DNA of 64,000 nucleotides from Escherichia coli (GTDB lineage Bacteria; Pseudomonadota; Gammaproteobacteria; Enterobacterales; Enterobacteriaceae): NCBI RefSeq assembly GCF_048403405.1, contig NZ_CP183129.1; one strand, 5' to 3'. Shown piece by piece: positions 1 to 12,057 of this stretch (position 1 is its first letter; each line of letters starts with the position of its first letter). The notes under the pieces were generated by a model. It saw only the letters and a program-made list of their open reading frames with translations, ran no database searches and was not told where the DNA came from. The position numbers and the translations under genes were made by a program.

Positions 1-1
1 C

Positions 2-1342
2 ACGCGTCCATTACTGGTTGTTTTGCCAAAGCAGATGGAACAGGTGACGGCGATTCTGGCTGTCTGCCACCGCCTGCGTGTACCGGTCGTGACCCGTGGT
101 GCAGGCACCGGGCTTTCTGGTGGCGCGCTGCCTCTGGAAAAAGGTGTGTTGTTGGTGATGGCGCGCTTTAAAGAGATCCTCGACATTAACCCCGTTGGTC
201 GCCGCGCGCGCGTGCAGCCGGGCGTGCGTAACCTGGCGATCTCCCAGGCCGTTGCGCCGCATAATCTCTATTACGCGCCGGATCCTTCCTCACAAATCGC
301 CTGTTCAATTGGCGGCAATGTGGCGGAAAATGCCGGTGGCGTACACTGCCTGAAATATGGTCTGACCGTACATAACCTGCTGAAAATTCAAGTGCAAACG
401 CTGGACGGCGAGGCGCTGACGCTGGGATCGGACGCGCTGGATTCGCCTGGTTTTGACCTGCTGGCGCTGTTCACCGGATCGGAAGGTATGCTCGGCGTGA
501 CCACCGAAGTAACGGTGAAGCTGTTGCCGAAGCCGCCCGTGGCGCGGGTTCTGTTAGCCAGCTTTGACTCGGTAGAAAAAGCCGGACTTGCAGTTGGTGA
601 CATCATCGCCAATGGCATTATCCCCGGCGGGCTGGAGATGATGGATAACCTGTCGATCCGCGCGGCGGAAGATTTTATTCATGCCGGTTATCCCGTCGAC
701 GCCGAAGCGATTTTGTTATGCGAGCTGGACGGCGTGGAGTCTGACGTACAGGAAGACTGCGAGCGGGTTAACGACATCTTGTTGAAAGCGGGCGCGACTG
801 ACGTCCGTCTGGCACAGGACGAAGCAGAGCGCGTACGTTTCTGGGCCGGTCGCAAAAATGCGTTCCCTGCGGTAGGACGAATCTCCCCGGATTACTACTG
901 CATGGATGGCACCATCCCGCGCCGCGCCCTGCCTGGCGTACTGGAAGGCATTGCCCGTTTATCGCAGCAATATGATTTACGCGTTGCCAACGTCTTTCAT
1001 GCCGGAGACGGCAACATGCACCCGTTAATCCTTTTCGATGCCAACGAACCCGGTGAATTTGCCCGCGCGGAAGAGCTGGGCGGGAAGATCCTCGAACTCT
1101 GCGTTGAAGTTGGCGGCAGCATCAGTGGGGAACATGGCATCGGGCGAGAAAAAATCAATCAAATGTGCGCCCAGTTCAACAGCGATGAAATCACGACCTT
1201 CCATGCGGTCAAGGCGGCGTTTGACCCCGATGGTTTGCTGAACCCTGGGAAAAACATTCCCACGCTACACCGCTGTGCTGAATTTGGTGCCATGCATGTG
1301 CATCACGGTCATTTACCTTTCCCTGAACTGGAGCGTTTCTGA
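2..1342 (+). CDS. glcD: Glycolate oxidase subunit GlcD, 5' end truncated by window edge
   Basis: Open frame runs from window start with no stop; translation matches FAD-linked oxidase GlcD; stop overlaps next gene start (ATGA). ORF-track start at 23 is an internal Met. Confidence 0.9.
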   Translation, partial: TRPLLVVLPKQMEQVTAILAVCHRLRVPVVTRGAGTGLSGGALPLEKGVLLVMARFKEILDINPVGRRARVQPGVRNLAISQAVAPHNLYYAPDPSSQIACSIGGNVAENAGGVHCLKYGLTVHNLLKIQVQTLDGEALTLGSDALDSPGFDLLALFTGSEGMLGVTTEVTVKLLPKPPVARVLLASFDSVEKAGLAVGDIIANGIIPGGLEMMDNLSIRAAEDFIHAGYPVDAEAILLCELDGVESDVQEDCERVNDILLKAGATDVRLAQDEAERVRFWAGRKNAFPAVGRISPDYYCMDGTIPRRALPGVLEGIARLSQQYDLRVANVFHAGDGNMHPLILFDANEPGEFARAEELGGKILELCVEVGGSISGEHGIGREKINQMCAQFNSDEITTFHAVKAAFDPDGLLNPGKNIPTLHRCAEFGAMHVHHGHLPFPELERF

Positions 1343-2394
1343 TGCTACGCGAGTGTGATTACAGCCAGGCGCTGCTGGAGCAGGTGAATCAGGCGATTAG
1401 CGATAAAACGCCGCTGGTGATTCAGGGCAGCAATAGCAAAGCCTTTTTAGGTCGTCCTGTCACCGGGCAAACGCTGGATGTGCGTTGTCATCGCGGCATT
1501 GTTAATTACGACCCGACCGAGCTGGTGATAACCGCTCGTGCCGGAACGCCGCTGGTGGCGATTGAAGCGGCGCTGGAGAGCGCCGGGCAAATGCTCCCCT
1601 GCGAGCCGCCACATTATGGTGAAGAAGCCACCTGGGGCGGGATGGTCGCCTGCGGGCTGGCGGGGCCGCGTCGCCCGTGGAGCGGTTCGATCCGCGATTT
1701 TGTCCTCGGCACGCGCATCATTACCGGCACTGGAAAACATCTGCGTTTTGGTGGCGAAGTGATGAAAAACGTTGCCGGATACGACCTCTCACGGTTAATG
1801 GCCGGAAGCTACGGTTGTCTGGGTGTGCTCACTGAAATCTCGATGAAAGTGTTACCGCGACCACGCGCCACCCTGAGTCTGCGTCGGGAAATCAGCCTGC
1901 AAGAAGCCATGAATGAAATCGCCCAGTGGCAACTCCAGCCATTACCCATTAGTGGCTTATGTTACTTCGACAATGCGTTGTGGATCCGCCTTGAGGGCGG
2001 CGAAGGATCGGTAAAAGCAGCGCGTGAACTGCTGGGGGGCGAAGAGGTTGCGGGTCAGTTCTGGCAGCAATTGCGTGAACAACAACTGCCGTTCTTCTCG
2101 TTACCAGGTACCTTATGGCGCATTTCCTTACCCAGCGATGCGCCGATGATAGATTTACCCGGCGAGCAACTGATCGACTGGGGCGGGGCGCTACGCTGGC
2201 TGAAATCGACAGCCGAGGACAATCAAATCCATCGCATCGCCCGCAACGCTGGCGGTCATGCGACCCGCTTTAGTGCCGGAGATGGTGGTTTTGCCCCGCT
2301 ACCGGCTCCTTTATTCCGCTATCACCAGCAGCTTAAACAGCAGCTCGACCCTTGCGGCGTGTTTAACCCCGGTCGCATGTACGCGGAACTTTGA
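1342..2394 (+). CDS. glcE: Glycolate oxidase FAD-binding subunit GlcE
   Basis: 350-aa ORF directly following glcD with overlapping stop/start; operon context glcDEFGBA. Confidence 0.88.
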   Translation: MLRECDYSQALLEQVNQAISDKTPLVIQGSNSKAFLGRPVTGQTLDVRCHRGIVNYDPTELVITARAGTPLVAIEAALESAGQMLPCEPPHYGEEATWGGMVACGLAGPRRPWSGSIRDFVLGTRIITGTGKHLRFGGEVMKNVAGYDLSRLMAGSYGCLGVLTEISMKVLPRPRATLSLRREISLQEAMNEIAQWQLQPLPISGLCYFDNALWIRLEGGEGSVKAARELLGGEEVAGQFWQQLREQQLPFFSLPGTLWRISLPSDAPMIDLPGEQLIDWGGALRWLKSTAEDNQIHRIARNAGGHATRFSAGDGGFAPLPAPLFRYHQQLKQQLDPCGVFNPGRMYAEL

Positions 2395-2404
2395 GGAGCA
2401 GGCT

Positions 2405-3628
2405 ATGCAAACCCGATTAACCGAAGAGATGCGGCAGAACGCGCGGGCGCTGGAAGCCGACAGCATCCTGCGTGCCTGTGTTCACTGCGGATTTTGTACC
2501 GCAACCTGCCCAACCTATCAGCTCCTGGGCGATGAACTGGACGGGCCGCGCGGGCGCATCTATCTGATTAAACAGGTGCTGGAAGGTAACGAAGTCACGC
2601 TTAAAACACAGGAGCATCTCGATCGCTGTCTCACTTGCCGCAATTGTGAAACCACCTGTCCTTCTGGTGTGCGCTATCACAATTTGCTGGATATCGGGCG
2701 TGATATTGTCGAGCAGAAAGTGAAACGCCCACTGCCGGAGCGAATGCTGCGCGAAGGATTGCGCCAGGTAGTGCCGCGTCCGGCGGTCTTCCGTGCGCTG
2801 ACGCAGGTAGGGCTGGTGCTGCGACCGTTTTTACCGGAACAGGTCAGAGCAAAACTGCCTGCTGAAACCGTGAAAGCTAAACCGCGTCCAGCGCTGCGCC
2901 ATAAGCGTCGGGTTTTAATGCTGGAAGGCTGCGCCCAGCCTACGCTTTCGCCCAACACCAACGCGGCAACTGCGCGAGTGCTGGATCGTCTGGGGATCAG
3001 CGTCATGCCAGCTAACGAAGCAGGCTGTTGTGGCGCGGTGGACTATCATCTTAATGCGCAAGAGAAAGGGCTGGCGCGGGCGCGCAATAATATTGATGCC
3101 TGGTGGCCCGCGATTGAAGCAGGTGCCGAGGCAATTTTGCAAACCGCCAGCGGTTGTGGCGCGTTTGTCAAAGAGTATGGGCAGATGCTGAAAAACGATG
3201 CGTTGTATGCCGATAAAGCGCGTCAGGTCAGTGAGCTGGCGGTCGATTTAGTCGAACTTCTGCGCGAGGAACCGCTGGAAAAACTGGCAATTCGCGGCGA
3301 TAAAAAACTGGCCTTCCACTGCCCGTGTACCCTACAACATGCGCAAAAGCTGAACGGCGAAGTGGAAAAAGTGTTGCTTCGTCTTGGATTTACCTTAACG
3401 GACGTTCCCGACAGCCATCTGTGCTGCGGTTCAGCGGGAACATATGCGTTAACGCATCCCGATCTGGCGCGCCAGCTGCGGGATAACAAAATGAATGCGC
3501 TGGAAAGCGGCAAACCGGAAATGATCGTCACCGCCAACATTGGTTGCCAGACGCATCTGGCGAGCGCCGGTCGTACCTCTGTGCGTCACTGGATTGAAAT
3601 TGTAGAACAAGCCCTTGAAAAGGAATAA
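2405..3628 (+). CDS. glcF: Glycolate oxidase iron-sulfur subunit GlcF
   Basis: Translation from ATG at 2405 (MQTRLTEE...) has two CxxCxxCxxxCP ferredoxin-type cysteine clusters; the longer ORF-track start at 2258 overlaps glcE and is rejected. Confidence 0.88.
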   Translation: MQTRLTEEMRQNARALEADSILRACVHCGFCTATCPTYQLLGDELDGPRGRIYLIKQVLEGNEVTLKTQEHLDRCLTCRNCETTCPSGVRYHNLLDIGRDIVEQKVKRPLPERMLREGLRQVVPRPAVFRALTQVGLVLRPFLPEQVRAKLPAETVKAKPRPALRHKRRVLMLEGCAQPTLSPNTNAATARVLDRLGISVMPANEAGCCGAVDYHLNAQEKGLARARNNIDAWWPAIEAGAEAILQTASGCGAFVKEYGQMLKNDALYADKARQVSELAVDLVELLREEPLEKLAIRGDKKLAFHCPCTLQHAQKLNGEVEKVLLRLGFTLTDVPDSHLCCGSAGTYALTHPDLARQLRDNKMNALESGKPEMIVTANIGCQTHLASAGRTSVRHWIEIVEQALEKE

Positions 3629-3632
3629 CAAA

Positions 3633-4037
3633 ATGAAAACTAAAGTCATTCTTAGCCAGCAAATGGCGAGTGCAATTATTGCCGCAGGTCAGGAAGAGGC
3701 GCAGAAAAATAACTGGTCTGTTTCCATTGCTGTTGCCGATGACGGCGGTCATCTGCTGGCGTTAAGTCGCATGGACGATTGCGCGCCGATTGCGGCTTAC
3801 ATCTCCCAGGAGAAAGCGCGTACCGCCGCGCTGGGGCGTCGTGAAACTAAGGGCTATGAAGAGATGGTGAACAACGGACGTACCGCGTTCGTGACTGCGC
3901 CGTTATTAACGTCGCTGGAAGGCGGCGTACCGGTTGTTGTTGATGGGCAAATTATTGGTGCCGTGGGCGTTTCTGGTTTAACCGGAGCACAGGATGCGCA
4001 GGTCGCGAAAGCGGCAGCAGCGGTGTTGGCGAAATAA
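3633..4037 (+). CDS. glcG: GlcG (heme-binding GlcG/HbpS-like protein)
   Basis: 134-aa ORF starting MKTKVILSQQ immediately after glcF stop; position in glc operon. Confidence 0.85.
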   Translation: MKTKVILSQQMASAIIAAGQEEAQKNNWSVSIAVADDGGHLLALSRMDDCAPIAAYISQEKARTAALGRRETKGYEEMVNNGRTAFVTAPLLTSLEGGVPVVVDGQIIGAVGVSGLTGAQDAQVAKAAAAVLAK

Positions 4038-4058
4038 GCGAAAACGAGGAGATAAATA

Positions 4059-6230
4059 ATGAGTGAAACCATAACCCAAGGCCGTTTACGCATTGACGCC
4101 AATTTTAAACGTTTTGTGGATGAAGAAGTTTTGCCGGGCGTAGAACTGGATGCTGCCGCGTTCTGGCGCAATGTTGATGAGATTGTTCACGATCTGGCAC
4201 CAGAAAATCGTCAGTTGCTGGCAGAACGCGATCGCATTCAGGCAGCGCTTGATGAGTGGCATCGCAGCAATCCGGGGCCGGTAAAAGATAAAGCGGCCTA
4301 TAAATCTTTCCTGCGTGAACTGGGCTACCTGGTGCCACAACCGGAGCGCGTGACGGTGGAAACCACGGGCATTGACAGCGAAATCACCAGCCAGGCGGGG
4401 CCACAGCTGGTGGTTCCGGCAATGAACGCCCGCTACGCGCTGAACGCGGCGAACGCTCGCTGGGGCTCACTGTACGATGCGTTATACGGCAGCGACATCA
4501 TCCCGCAGGAAGGGGCGATGGTCAGCGGCTACGATCCGCAGCGCGGTGAGCAGGTTATCGCCTGGGTTCGGCGTTTCCTCGATGAATCACTACCGCTGGA
4601 AAACGGCAGCTATCAGGATGTGGTGGCGTTTAAGGTGGTTGATAAACAATTACACATCCAGTTGAAAAATGGTAAAGAAACCACGTTACGCACCCCGGCG
4701 CAGTTTGTCGGTTACCGTGGCAATGCCGCTGCGCCGACCTGCATTTTGCTGAAAAATAACGGTCTGCATATTGAACTGCAAATTGATGCCAACGGGCGGA
4801 TTGGCAAAGACGATCCGGCGCACATCAACGATGTTATCGTCGAAGCGGCCATCAGTACCATTCTCGACTGCGAAGATTCGGTCGCGGCGGTTGATGCGGA
4901 AGATAAAATCCTGCTGTACCGCAACCTGCTGGGCCTGATGCAGGGGACTCTGCAAGAGAAAATGGAAAAAAACGGTCGGCAAATCGTGCGTAAACTGAAT
5001 GACGATCGTCATTACACCGCCGCCGATGGCTCTGAAATTTCTCTGCACGGACGCTCGCTGCTGTTTATCCGCAACGTGGGTCATTTGATGACCATTCCTG
5101 TGATTTGGGACAGCGAAGGCAATGAAATCCCGGAAGGCATTCTTGATGGCGTCATGACTGGCGCGATTGCCCTCTATGATTTAAAAGTGCAGAAAAACTC
5201 GCGCACTGGCAGCGTCTATATTGTGAAACCGAAAATGCACGGTCCGCAGGAAGTGGCGTTCGCCAACAAACTGTTTACCCGCATTGAGACAATGCTCGGT
5301 ATGGCACCGAATACCCTGAAAATGGGCATTATGGATGAAGAACGTCGGACCTCGCTGAACTTGCGTAGCTGTATCGCTCAGGCGCGTAACCGCGTGGCGT
5401 TCATCAATACCGGTTTCCTCGACCGTACCGGCGATGAAATGCATTCGGTGATGGAAGCTGGCCCGATGCTGCGTAAAAACCAGATGAAATCGACGCCGTG
5501 GATCAAAGCCTACGAACGTAATAACGTGCTTTCCGGTCTGTTCTGTGGGCTGCGCGGTAAAGCGCAAATCGGTAAAGGGATGTGGGCAATGCCGGACCTG
5601 ATGGCAGACATGTACAGCCAGAAGGGCGACCAGCTGCGTGCCGGGGCAAACACGGCCTGGGTTCCGTCACCAACCGCTGCTACGCTCCATGCGCTGCACT
5701 ACCACCAAACCAACGTACAGAGCGTGCAGGCCAACATTGCCCAGAGCGAGTTCAATGCTGAATTTGAACCGCTGCTGGACGATCTGCTGACTATTCCGGT
5801 GGCTGAAAACGCTAACTGGTCGGTGGAAGAGATCCAACAAGAGCTGGATAACAACGTGCAGGGAATTCTGGGGTACGTGGTGCGTTGGGTGGAGCAGGGG
5901 ATTGGTTGTTCAAAAGTGCCGGATATTCACAACGTGGCGCTGATGGAAGACCGCGCAACGCTGCGCATCTCCAGCCAGCATATCGCCAACTGGTTACGTC
6001 ACGGTATTCTGACCAAAGAACAGGTGCTGGCGTCGCTGGAGAATATGGCGAAAGTGGTTGATCAGCAAAACGCTGGCGATCCGGCTTATCGTCCGATGGC
6101 GGGGAATTTCGCTAACTCGTGTGCTTTTAAAGCTGCCAGCGATTTAATCTTCCTCGGCGTGAAACAGCCAAACGGCTATACCGAACCGTTATTACACGCC
6201 TGGCGTTTACGCGAAAAAGAAAGTCATTAA
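4059..6230 (+). CDS. glcB: Malate synthase G
   Basis: 723-aa ORF, size and sequence typical of malate synthase G; operon context. Confidence 0.93.
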   Translation: MSETITQGRLRIDANFKRFVDEEVLPGVELDAAAFWRNVDEIVHDLAPENRQLLAERDRIQAALDEWHRSNPGPVKDKAAYKSFLRELGYLVPQPERVTVETTGIDSEITSQAGPQLVVPAMNARYALNAANARWGSLYDALYGSDIIPQEGAMVSGYDPQRGEQVIAWVRRFLDESLPLENGSYQDVVAFKVVDKQLHIQLKNGKETTLRTPAQFVGYRGNAAAPTCILLKNNGLHIELQIDANGRIGKDDPAHINDVIVEAAISTILDCEDSVAAVDAEDKILLYRNLLGLMQGTLQEKMEKNGRQIVRKLNDDRHYTAADGSEISLHGRSLLFIRNVGHLMTIPVIWDSEGNEIPEGILDGVMTGAIALYDLKVQKNSRTGSVYIVKPKMHGPQEVAFANKLFTRIETMLGMAPNTLKMGIMDEERRTSLNLRSCIAQARNRVAFINTGFLDRTGDEMHSVMEAGPMLRKNQMKSTPWIKAYERNNVLSGLFCGLRGKAQIGKGMWAMPDLMADMYSQKGDQLRAGANTAWVPSPTAATLHALHYHQTNVQSVQANIAQSEFNAEFEPLLDDLLTIPVAENANWSVEEIQQELDNNVQGILGYVVRWVEQGIGCSKVPDIHNVALMEDRATLRISSQHIANWLRHGILTKEQVLASLENMAKVVDQQNAGDPAYRPMAGNFANSCAFKAASDLIFLGVKQPNGYTEPLLHAWRLREKESH

Positions 6231-6243
6231 TAGCGTCAAAAAA

Positions 6244-6269
6244 GCCCCGGCAAGTTTTATTGTCGGGGC
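6244..6269 (+). terminator. Hairpin downstream of glcB (GCCCCGGCAA...TTGTCGGGGC), no clear T-tract
   Basis: Imperfect inverted repeat read directly after glcB stop; weak terminator or attenuator. Confidence 0.35.
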
Positions 6270-6584
6270 TATGATAGTAACTGCGGTAGTACATTTATCC
6301 CGGAAATAACCGGAGCGATTATCAGGGGTTAACAATATTAAATACCCGTAGCGCATTACTAGCGGGCCTAAAACAACAATATGGACATCTTAACGATACT
6401 CTGCGCCTGCGTGTGCGGAACAGAAACCCTTACCCGATATACTTGTTATGCCAGAGGTAGCAATTGCGTTAGCGGCGTACTGTTGCTGTAAAGTATAACG
6501 CCTATATTTTACAGTTCAGTCCTCTTTTGCTTATTACAACCTTAAGTATATCAAGCATATAAAGATAATAAGAGACTGAACAAT

Positions 6585-8267
6585 ATGGTTACCTGGACCC
6601 AAATGTATATGCCGATGGGAGGACTGGGGCTATCCGCTCTGGTCGCCCTGATCCCGATAATATTCTTCTTCGTTGCACTCGCGGTATTACGTCTGAAAGG
6701 ACATGTCGCTGGAGCAATAACCCTTATATTATCTATCCTGATTGCAATATTCGCCTTTAAAATGCCGATTGATATGGCATTTGCTGCTGCGGGCTATGGC
6801 TTTATTTATGGATTATGGCCTATTGCGTGGATTATTGTTGCGGCGGTGTTCCTCTATAAATTAACCGTTGCCAGCGGTCAGTTCGATATTATCCGCAGCT
6901 CGGTTATCTCCATCACTGACGATCAGCGTTTGCAGGTGTTACTGATTGGTTTCTCCTTTGGCGCGCTGCTGGAAGGGGCGGCTGGCTTTGGTGCGCCGGT
7001 GGCGATTACCGGTGCGCTGCTGGTGGGCCTGGGCTTCAAACCGTTATACGCGGCGGGGCTGTGTCTGATTGCCAATACTGCGCCGGTGGCGTTTGGTGCG
7101 TTGGGCGTGCCGATTCTGGTCGCCGGTCAGGTAACGGGAATCGATCCGTTCCACATTGGCGCAATGGCGGGACGTCAGTTACCGTTCCTGTCGGTTCTTG
7201 TGCCGTTCTGGCTGGTAGCAATGATGGACGGCTGGAAAGGGGTGAAAGAGACGTGGCCAGCGGCGCTGGTTGCTGGGGGAAGCTTCGCTGTCACGCAGTT
7301 CTTTACCTCTAACTATATTGGTCCGGAACTGCCGGATATTACTTCGGCGCTGGTGAGTATCGTCTCACTCGCTTTATTCCTTAAAGTCTGGCGGCCGAAA
7401 AATACCGAAACGGCAATCAGCATGGGACAATCCGCAGGTGCGATGGTGGTGAATAAACCATCTTCTGGCGGTCCCGTGCCTTCAGAATATAGTCTGGGGC
7501 AAATCATTCGTGCGTGGTCACCGTTTTTAATCTTAACGGTGCTGGTCACCATCTGGACCATGAAGCCGTTTAAAGCGTTATTTGCTCCGGGCGGCGCGTT
7601 TTATTCACTGGTGATTAATTTCCAGATCCCTCATTTGCATCAACAAGTGTTGAAAGCGGCACCCATTGTCGCCCAACCAACGCCAATGGATGCGGTGTTT
7701 AAATTCGACCCTCTCTCGGCTGGCGGCACCGCTATTTTTATTGCGGCGATTATCTCTATCTTCATCCTCGGCGTGGGCATCAAGAAAGGGATTGGCGTCT
7801 TTGCCGAAACGCTAATTAGTCTGAAGTGGCCGATATTGTCGATTGGCATGGTGCTGGCGTTCGCCTTCGTCACCAACTATTCCGGCATGTCCACCACGCT
7901 GGCGCTGGTACTGGCAGGTACAGGCGTAATGTTCCCGTTTTTCTCACCGTTTCTCGGCTGGCTGGGCGTATTCCTTACCGGCTCGGACACCTCCTCTAAC
8001 GCCCTGTTTGGTTCACTGCAATCGACCACGGCGCAGCAAATCAACGTCTCTGACACCCTGCTGGTGGCAGCAAATACCAGCGGCGGCGTAACTGGCAAGA
8101 TGATCTCCCCGCAATCTATCGCCGTGGCCTGCGCCGCGACGGGCATGGTGGGCCGAGAATCTGAACTGTTCCGCTACACCGTGAAGCACAGTCTGATTTT
8201 TGCCAGCGTTATCGGCATTATCACGCTGTTGCAGGCGTATGTGTTTACCGGGATGTTAGTTTCGTAA
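6585..8267 (+). CDS. glcA: Glycolate/lactate permease (LctP family)
   Basis: 560-aa highly hydrophobic ORF; last gene of glc operon. Confidence 0.9.
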   Translation: MVTWTQMYMPMGGLGLSALVALIPIIFFFVALAVLRLKGHVAGAITLILSILIAIFAFKMPIDMAFAAAGYGFIYGLWPIAWIIVAAVFLYKLTVASGQFDIIRSSVISITDDQRLQVLLIGFSFGALLEGAAGFGAPVAITGALLVGLGFKPLYAAGLCLIANTAPVAFGALGVPILVAGQVTGIDPFHIGAMAGRQLPFLSVLVPFWLVAMMDGWKGVKETWPAALVAGGSFAVTQFFTSNYIGPELPDITSALVSIVSLALFLKVWRPKNTETAISMGQSAGAMVVNKPSSGGPVPSEYSLGQIIRAWSPFLILTVLVTIWTMKPFKALFAPGGAFYSLVINFQIPHLHQQVLKAAPIVAQPTPMDAVFKFDPLSAGGTAIFIAAIISIFILGVGIKKGIGVFAETLISLKWPILSIGMVLAFAFVTNYSGMSTTLALVLAGTGVMFPFFSPFLGWLGVFLTGSDTSSNALFGSLQSTTAQQINVSDTLLVAANTSGGVTGKMISPQSIAVACAATGMVGRESELFRYTVKHSLIFASVIGIITLLQAYVFTGMLVS

Positions 8268-8276
8268 GTCAATAAA

Positions 8277-8310
8277 GCCGGATGATCGTTAATATCATCC
8301 GGCTTCGTTG
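8277..8310 (+). terminator. Rho-independent terminator after glcA
   Basis: Stem GCCGGATGAT / ATCATCCGGC with loop, followed by TTCGTTG. Confidence 0.6.
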
Positions 8311-8336
8311 TGCACAGAAAACCCCCAGCTAGGCTG

Positions 8337-9761
8337 TAATGCCGATCAGTTAAGGATCAGTTGACCGATCCAGTGGCTGTGTAAGAATCCGGAAACGCTC
8401 ACTTGTTTCCGGATTTTTTTATGCACATTGGACAGGCTCTTGATCTGGTATCCCGTTACGATTCTCTGCGTAACCCACTGACTTCTCTGGGGGATTACCT
8501 CGACCCCGAACTCATCTCTCGTTGCCTTGCCGAATCAGGTACTGTAACGCTACGCAAGCGCCGTCTTCCCCTCGAAATGATGGTCTGGTGTATTGTTGGC
8601 ATGGCGCTTGAGCGTAAAGAACCTCTTCACCAGATTGTGAATCGCCTGGACATCATGCTGCCGGGCAATCGCCCCTTCGTTGCCCCCAGTGCCGTTATTC
8701 AGGCCCGCCAGCGCCTGGGAAGTGAGGCTGTCCGCCGCGTGTTCACGAAAACAGCGCAGCTCTGGCATAACGCCACGCCGCATCCGCACTGGTGCGGCCT
8801 GACCCTGCTGGCCATCGATGGTGTGTTCTGGCGCACACCGGATACACCAGAGAACGATGCAGCCTTCCCCCGCCAGACACATGCCGGGAACCCGGCGCTC
8901 TACCCGCAGGTCAAAATGGTCTGCCAGATGGAACTGACCAGCCATCTGCTGACGGCTGCAGCCTTCGGCACGATGAAGAACAGCGAAAATGAGCTTGCTG
9001 AGCAACTTATAGAACAAACCGGCGATAACACTCTGACGTTAATGGATAAAGGTTATTACTCACTGGGACTGTTAAATGCCTGGAGCCTGGCGGGAGAACA
9101 CCGCCACTGGATGATACCTCTCAGAAAGGGAGCGCAATATGAAGAGATCAGAAAACTGGGTAAAGGCGATCATCTGGTGAAGCTGAAAACCAGCCCGCAG
9201 GCACGAAAAAAGTGGCCGGGACTGGGAAATGAAGTGACAGCCCGCCTGCTGACCGTGACGCGCAAAGGAAAAGTCTGCCATCTGCTGACGTCGATGACGG
9301 ACGCCATGCGCTTCCCCGGAGGAGAAATGGCGGAACTGTACAGTCATCGCTGGGAAATCGAACTGGGATACAGGGAGATAAAACAGACGATGCAACTGAG
9401 CAGGCTGACGCTGAGAAGTAAAAAACCGGAGCTTGTGGAGCAAGAGCTGTGGGGTGTCTTACTGGCTTATAATCTGGTGAGATATCAGATGATTAAAATG
9501 GCGGAACATCTGAAAGGTTACTGGCCGAATCAACTGAGTTTCTCAGAATCATGCGGAATGGTGATGAGAATGCTGATGACATTGCAGGGCGCTTCACCGG
9601 GACGTATACCGGAGCTGATGCGCGATCTTGCAAGTATGGGACAACTTGTGAAATTACCGACAAGAAGGGAAAGGGCCTTCCCGAGAGTGGTAAAGGAGAG
9701 GCCTGGAAATACCCCACAGCCCCGAAAAAGAGCCAGTCAGTTGCTTAACTGACTGGCATTA
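8337..9761 (+). mobile_element. IS4 insertion sequence with 18-bp terminal inverted repeats and 11-bp target site duplication
   Basis: Ends TAATGCCGATCAGTTAAG (left) and CTTAACTGACTGGCATTA (right); flanking direct repeat CAGCTAGGCTG at 8326-8336 and 9762-9772; length about 1.4 kb. Confidence 0.85.
8421..9752 (+). CDS. insG: IS4 transposase
   Basis: 443-codon ORF starting [16 protein letters not shown], matches recalled IS4 transposase sequence; DDE-type. Confidence 0.9.
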   Translation: MHIGQALDLVSRYDSLRNPLTSLGDYLDPELISRCLAESGTVTLRKRRLPLEMMVWCIVGMALERKEPLHQIVNRLDIMLPGNRPFVAPSAVIQARQRLGSEAVRRVFTKTAQLWHNATPHPHWCGLTLLAIDGVFWRTPDTPENDAAFPRQTHAGNPALYPQVKMVCQMELTSHLLTAAAFGTMKNSENELAEQLIEQTGDNTLTLMDKGYYSLGLLNAWSLAGEHRHWMIPLRKGAQYEEIRKLGKGDHLVKLKTSPQARKKWPGLGNEVTARLLTVTRKGKVCHLLTSMTDAMRFPGGEMAELYSHRWEIELGYREIKQTMQLSRLTLRSKKPELVEQELWGVLLAYNLVRYQMIKMAEHLKGYWPNQLSFSESCGMVMRMLMTLQGASPGRIPELMRDLASMGQLVKLPTRRERAFPRVVKERPGNTPQPRKRASQLLN

Positions 9762-9931
9762 CAGCTAGGCTGGGGGTTCCGGAAAGCTTTCAGCTTTGAG
9801 CCAGTTATTAAAACCCCTTTTGATTTGTTAAAACACCTTGCGGTCTGGCAACTGCAAGTGTCAAACAAGAAATCAAAAGGGGGTCCCAATGGGGAACGAA
9901 AAGAGCTTAGCGCACACCCGATGGAACGCGC

Positions 9932-10345
9932 GTGGTACAGGGAATGGACGCCGGGCTTTATCAAAAACTGAAACCGTTGGTCTGTGCGCTGCCGATGGCC
10001 CGCCAGCAAATCAACATCAATACATTAGATGTCACGCAAAGTGTGATTCTTGAGGCGCTGTTTGACCCGTGGTTAAGCCCTGTTCAGGCGCGGGCGTTAT
10101 TACAACAACGTCCGGCGAAGGGCTGGGAAGATGTCGATCAGTTTCTTGCACAGCCGCTACTTGCAGACGTCGATGAGCGTACTAAAAAACAGCTAAAAAC
10201 CGTCCTGAGCGTGGACAGCAATTACTTCTGGCTGCGTTCAGATATCACCGTGAATGAGATTGAACTGACGATGAATTCGTTAATTGTCCGCATGGGCCCA
10301 CAACACTTTTCTGTTCTCTGGCATCAGACAGGAGAAAGTGAGTGA
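9932..10345 (+). pseudogene. gspK: 3' fragment of type II secretion minor pseudopilin GspK
   Basis: 137-aa C-terminal-like ORF immediately upstream of gspL with overlapping stop/start; no N-terminal part present between IS4 and this ORF. Confidence 0.55.
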
Positions 10346-11519
10346 GTTTCATGCTTGAGATTTTTTTCCCGCTTTGCGCCGCTGATCCCATCCGTTGGCA
10401 GCGCCATACACCCGACGTGGAGCACGGTATCTGGCCTGACGTTGCTGATGAATGTCTCCAGCAATGGCTGCAAACTGATGCGATTCGACTCTACATTCCC
10501 GGCGAATGGATCAGCGTCTGGCAGGTTGAACTGCCTGATGTGCCCCGCAAGCAGATACCGACGATTCTGCCCGCCTTGCTGGAAGAAGAGCTGAACCAGG
10601 ATATCGATGAACTGCATTTTGCCCCGTTGAAAATCGACCAGCAACTGGCAACCGTAGCTGTGATTCACCAGCAGCATATGCGCAACATTGCGCAGTGGTT
10701 GCAGGCAAACGGCATCACCCGCGCTACCGTCGCGCCGGACTGGATGTCCATTCCTTGTGGGTTTATGGCTGGCGATGCGCAACGGGTTATCTGCCGCATC
10801 GATGAATGCCGGGGATGGAGCGCCGGGCGGGCGCTGGCTCCGGTCATGTTCCGCGCACAGCTCAATGAGCAGAATTTACCGATTTCACTAACCGTGGTCG
10901 GCATTGCACCGGAAGAACTGTCTGCATGGGCTGGTGCGGACGCGAACGCCTGACCGTTACGGCTCTGCCCGCCATTACCACTTATGGCGAACCGGAAGGG
11001 AACCTGCTAACAGGGCCGTGGCAGCCTCGTGTCAGCTACCGAAAACAGTGGGCGCGCTGGCGGGTGATGATTCTGCCGATATTGCTGATTCTGGTTGCGC
11101 TGGTAGTGGAACGGGGCGTGACGTTATGGAGCGTCAGCGAACAGGTGGCGCAAAGCCGCACCCAGGCGGAGAAACAGTTCTTAACGCTATTCCTGGAGCA
11201 GAAGCGGATTGTGAATTTACGCTCTCAGATGACGATGGCGCTGAAAAAATATCGCCCACAGGCCGACGATACCTGGCTGCTCGCAGAATTGTCAGTGATC
11301 GCCAGTACCCTGAAATCAGCGTCACTTTCCGACATCGAAATGCGTGGTTTCACCTTTGATCAAAAACGCCAGACGCTTCACCTTCAGCTACGGGCTGCGA
11401 ACTTTGCCAGCTTCGACAAACTGCGTAGCGCACTGGCGGCAGATTATGTTGTGCAACAGGACGCGTTACAGAAAGAGGGTGATGCGGTTTCCGGCGGCGT
11501 AACGTTGCGGAGGAAATAA
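10342..11519 (+). pseudogene. gspL: Type II secretion protein GspL, apparently frameshifted (two ORFs 10342-10953 and 10926-11519)
   Basis: Two consecutive ORFs in different frames together give about 390 codons; followed directly by gspM. Confidence 0.55.
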
Positions 11520-11520
11520 C

Positions 11521-12057
11521 ATGTTACGCGATAAATTTATTCACTATTTTCAGCAATGGCGTGAACGCCAGTTAAGCCGTGGCGAACACTGGCTGACACA
11601 ACACCTGGCGGGGCGTTCTCCGCGTGAAAAAGGCATGTTACTGGCAGCGGTAGTGTTCCTGTTTAGCGCCGGATATTACGTCCTCATCTGGCAGCCGTTG
11701 AGCGAACGGATAGAACAACAGGAGACGATGTTGCAGCAGCTGGTGGCGATGAACGCGCGACTGAAGAGCGCCGCGCCGAATATTATTGCGGCGCGAAAAT
11801 CCGGCACGACAACGCCAGCACAGGTATCGCGGGTCATCAGCGACAGCGCTTCCGCGCACTCTGTGGTCATCAAACGGATTGCCGAGCGTGGGGAGAATAT
11901 TCAGGTCTGGATAGAACCTGTGGTGTTTAATGACCTGCTGAACTGGTTAAAGGCGCTGGATGAAAAGTACGCGCTGCGGGTGGCACAAATTGATGTCAGT
12001 GCGGGTGAGAAGCCTGGGATGGTGAATGTGCAGCGACTGGAGTTTGGGCGGGGGTAG
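11521..12057 (+). CDS. gspM: Type II secretion protein GspM (YghD-like)
   Basis: 178-aa ORF with N-terminal transmembrane segment, start 1 nt after gspL stop. Confidence 0.75.
   Translation: MLRDKFIHYFQQWRERQLSRGEHWLTQHLAGRSPREKGMLLAAVVFLFSAGYYVLIWQPLSERIEQQETMLQQLVAMNARLKSAAPNIIAARKSGTTTPAQVSRVISDSASAHSVVIKRIAERGENIQVWIEPVVFNDLLNWLKALDEKYALRVAQIDVSAGEKPGMVNVQRLEFGRG

Noticed and set aside
23..1342. ORF-track start of glcD at position 23
   Set aside because: The reading frame is open back to the window edge and GlcD is longer than 439 aa; position 23 is an internal Met, the true start lies upstream of the window.
2258..3628. 456-aa extended version of glcF
   Set aside because: The extension overlaps the 3' end of glcE in another frame; the conserved GlcF N-terminus begins at the ATG at 2405.
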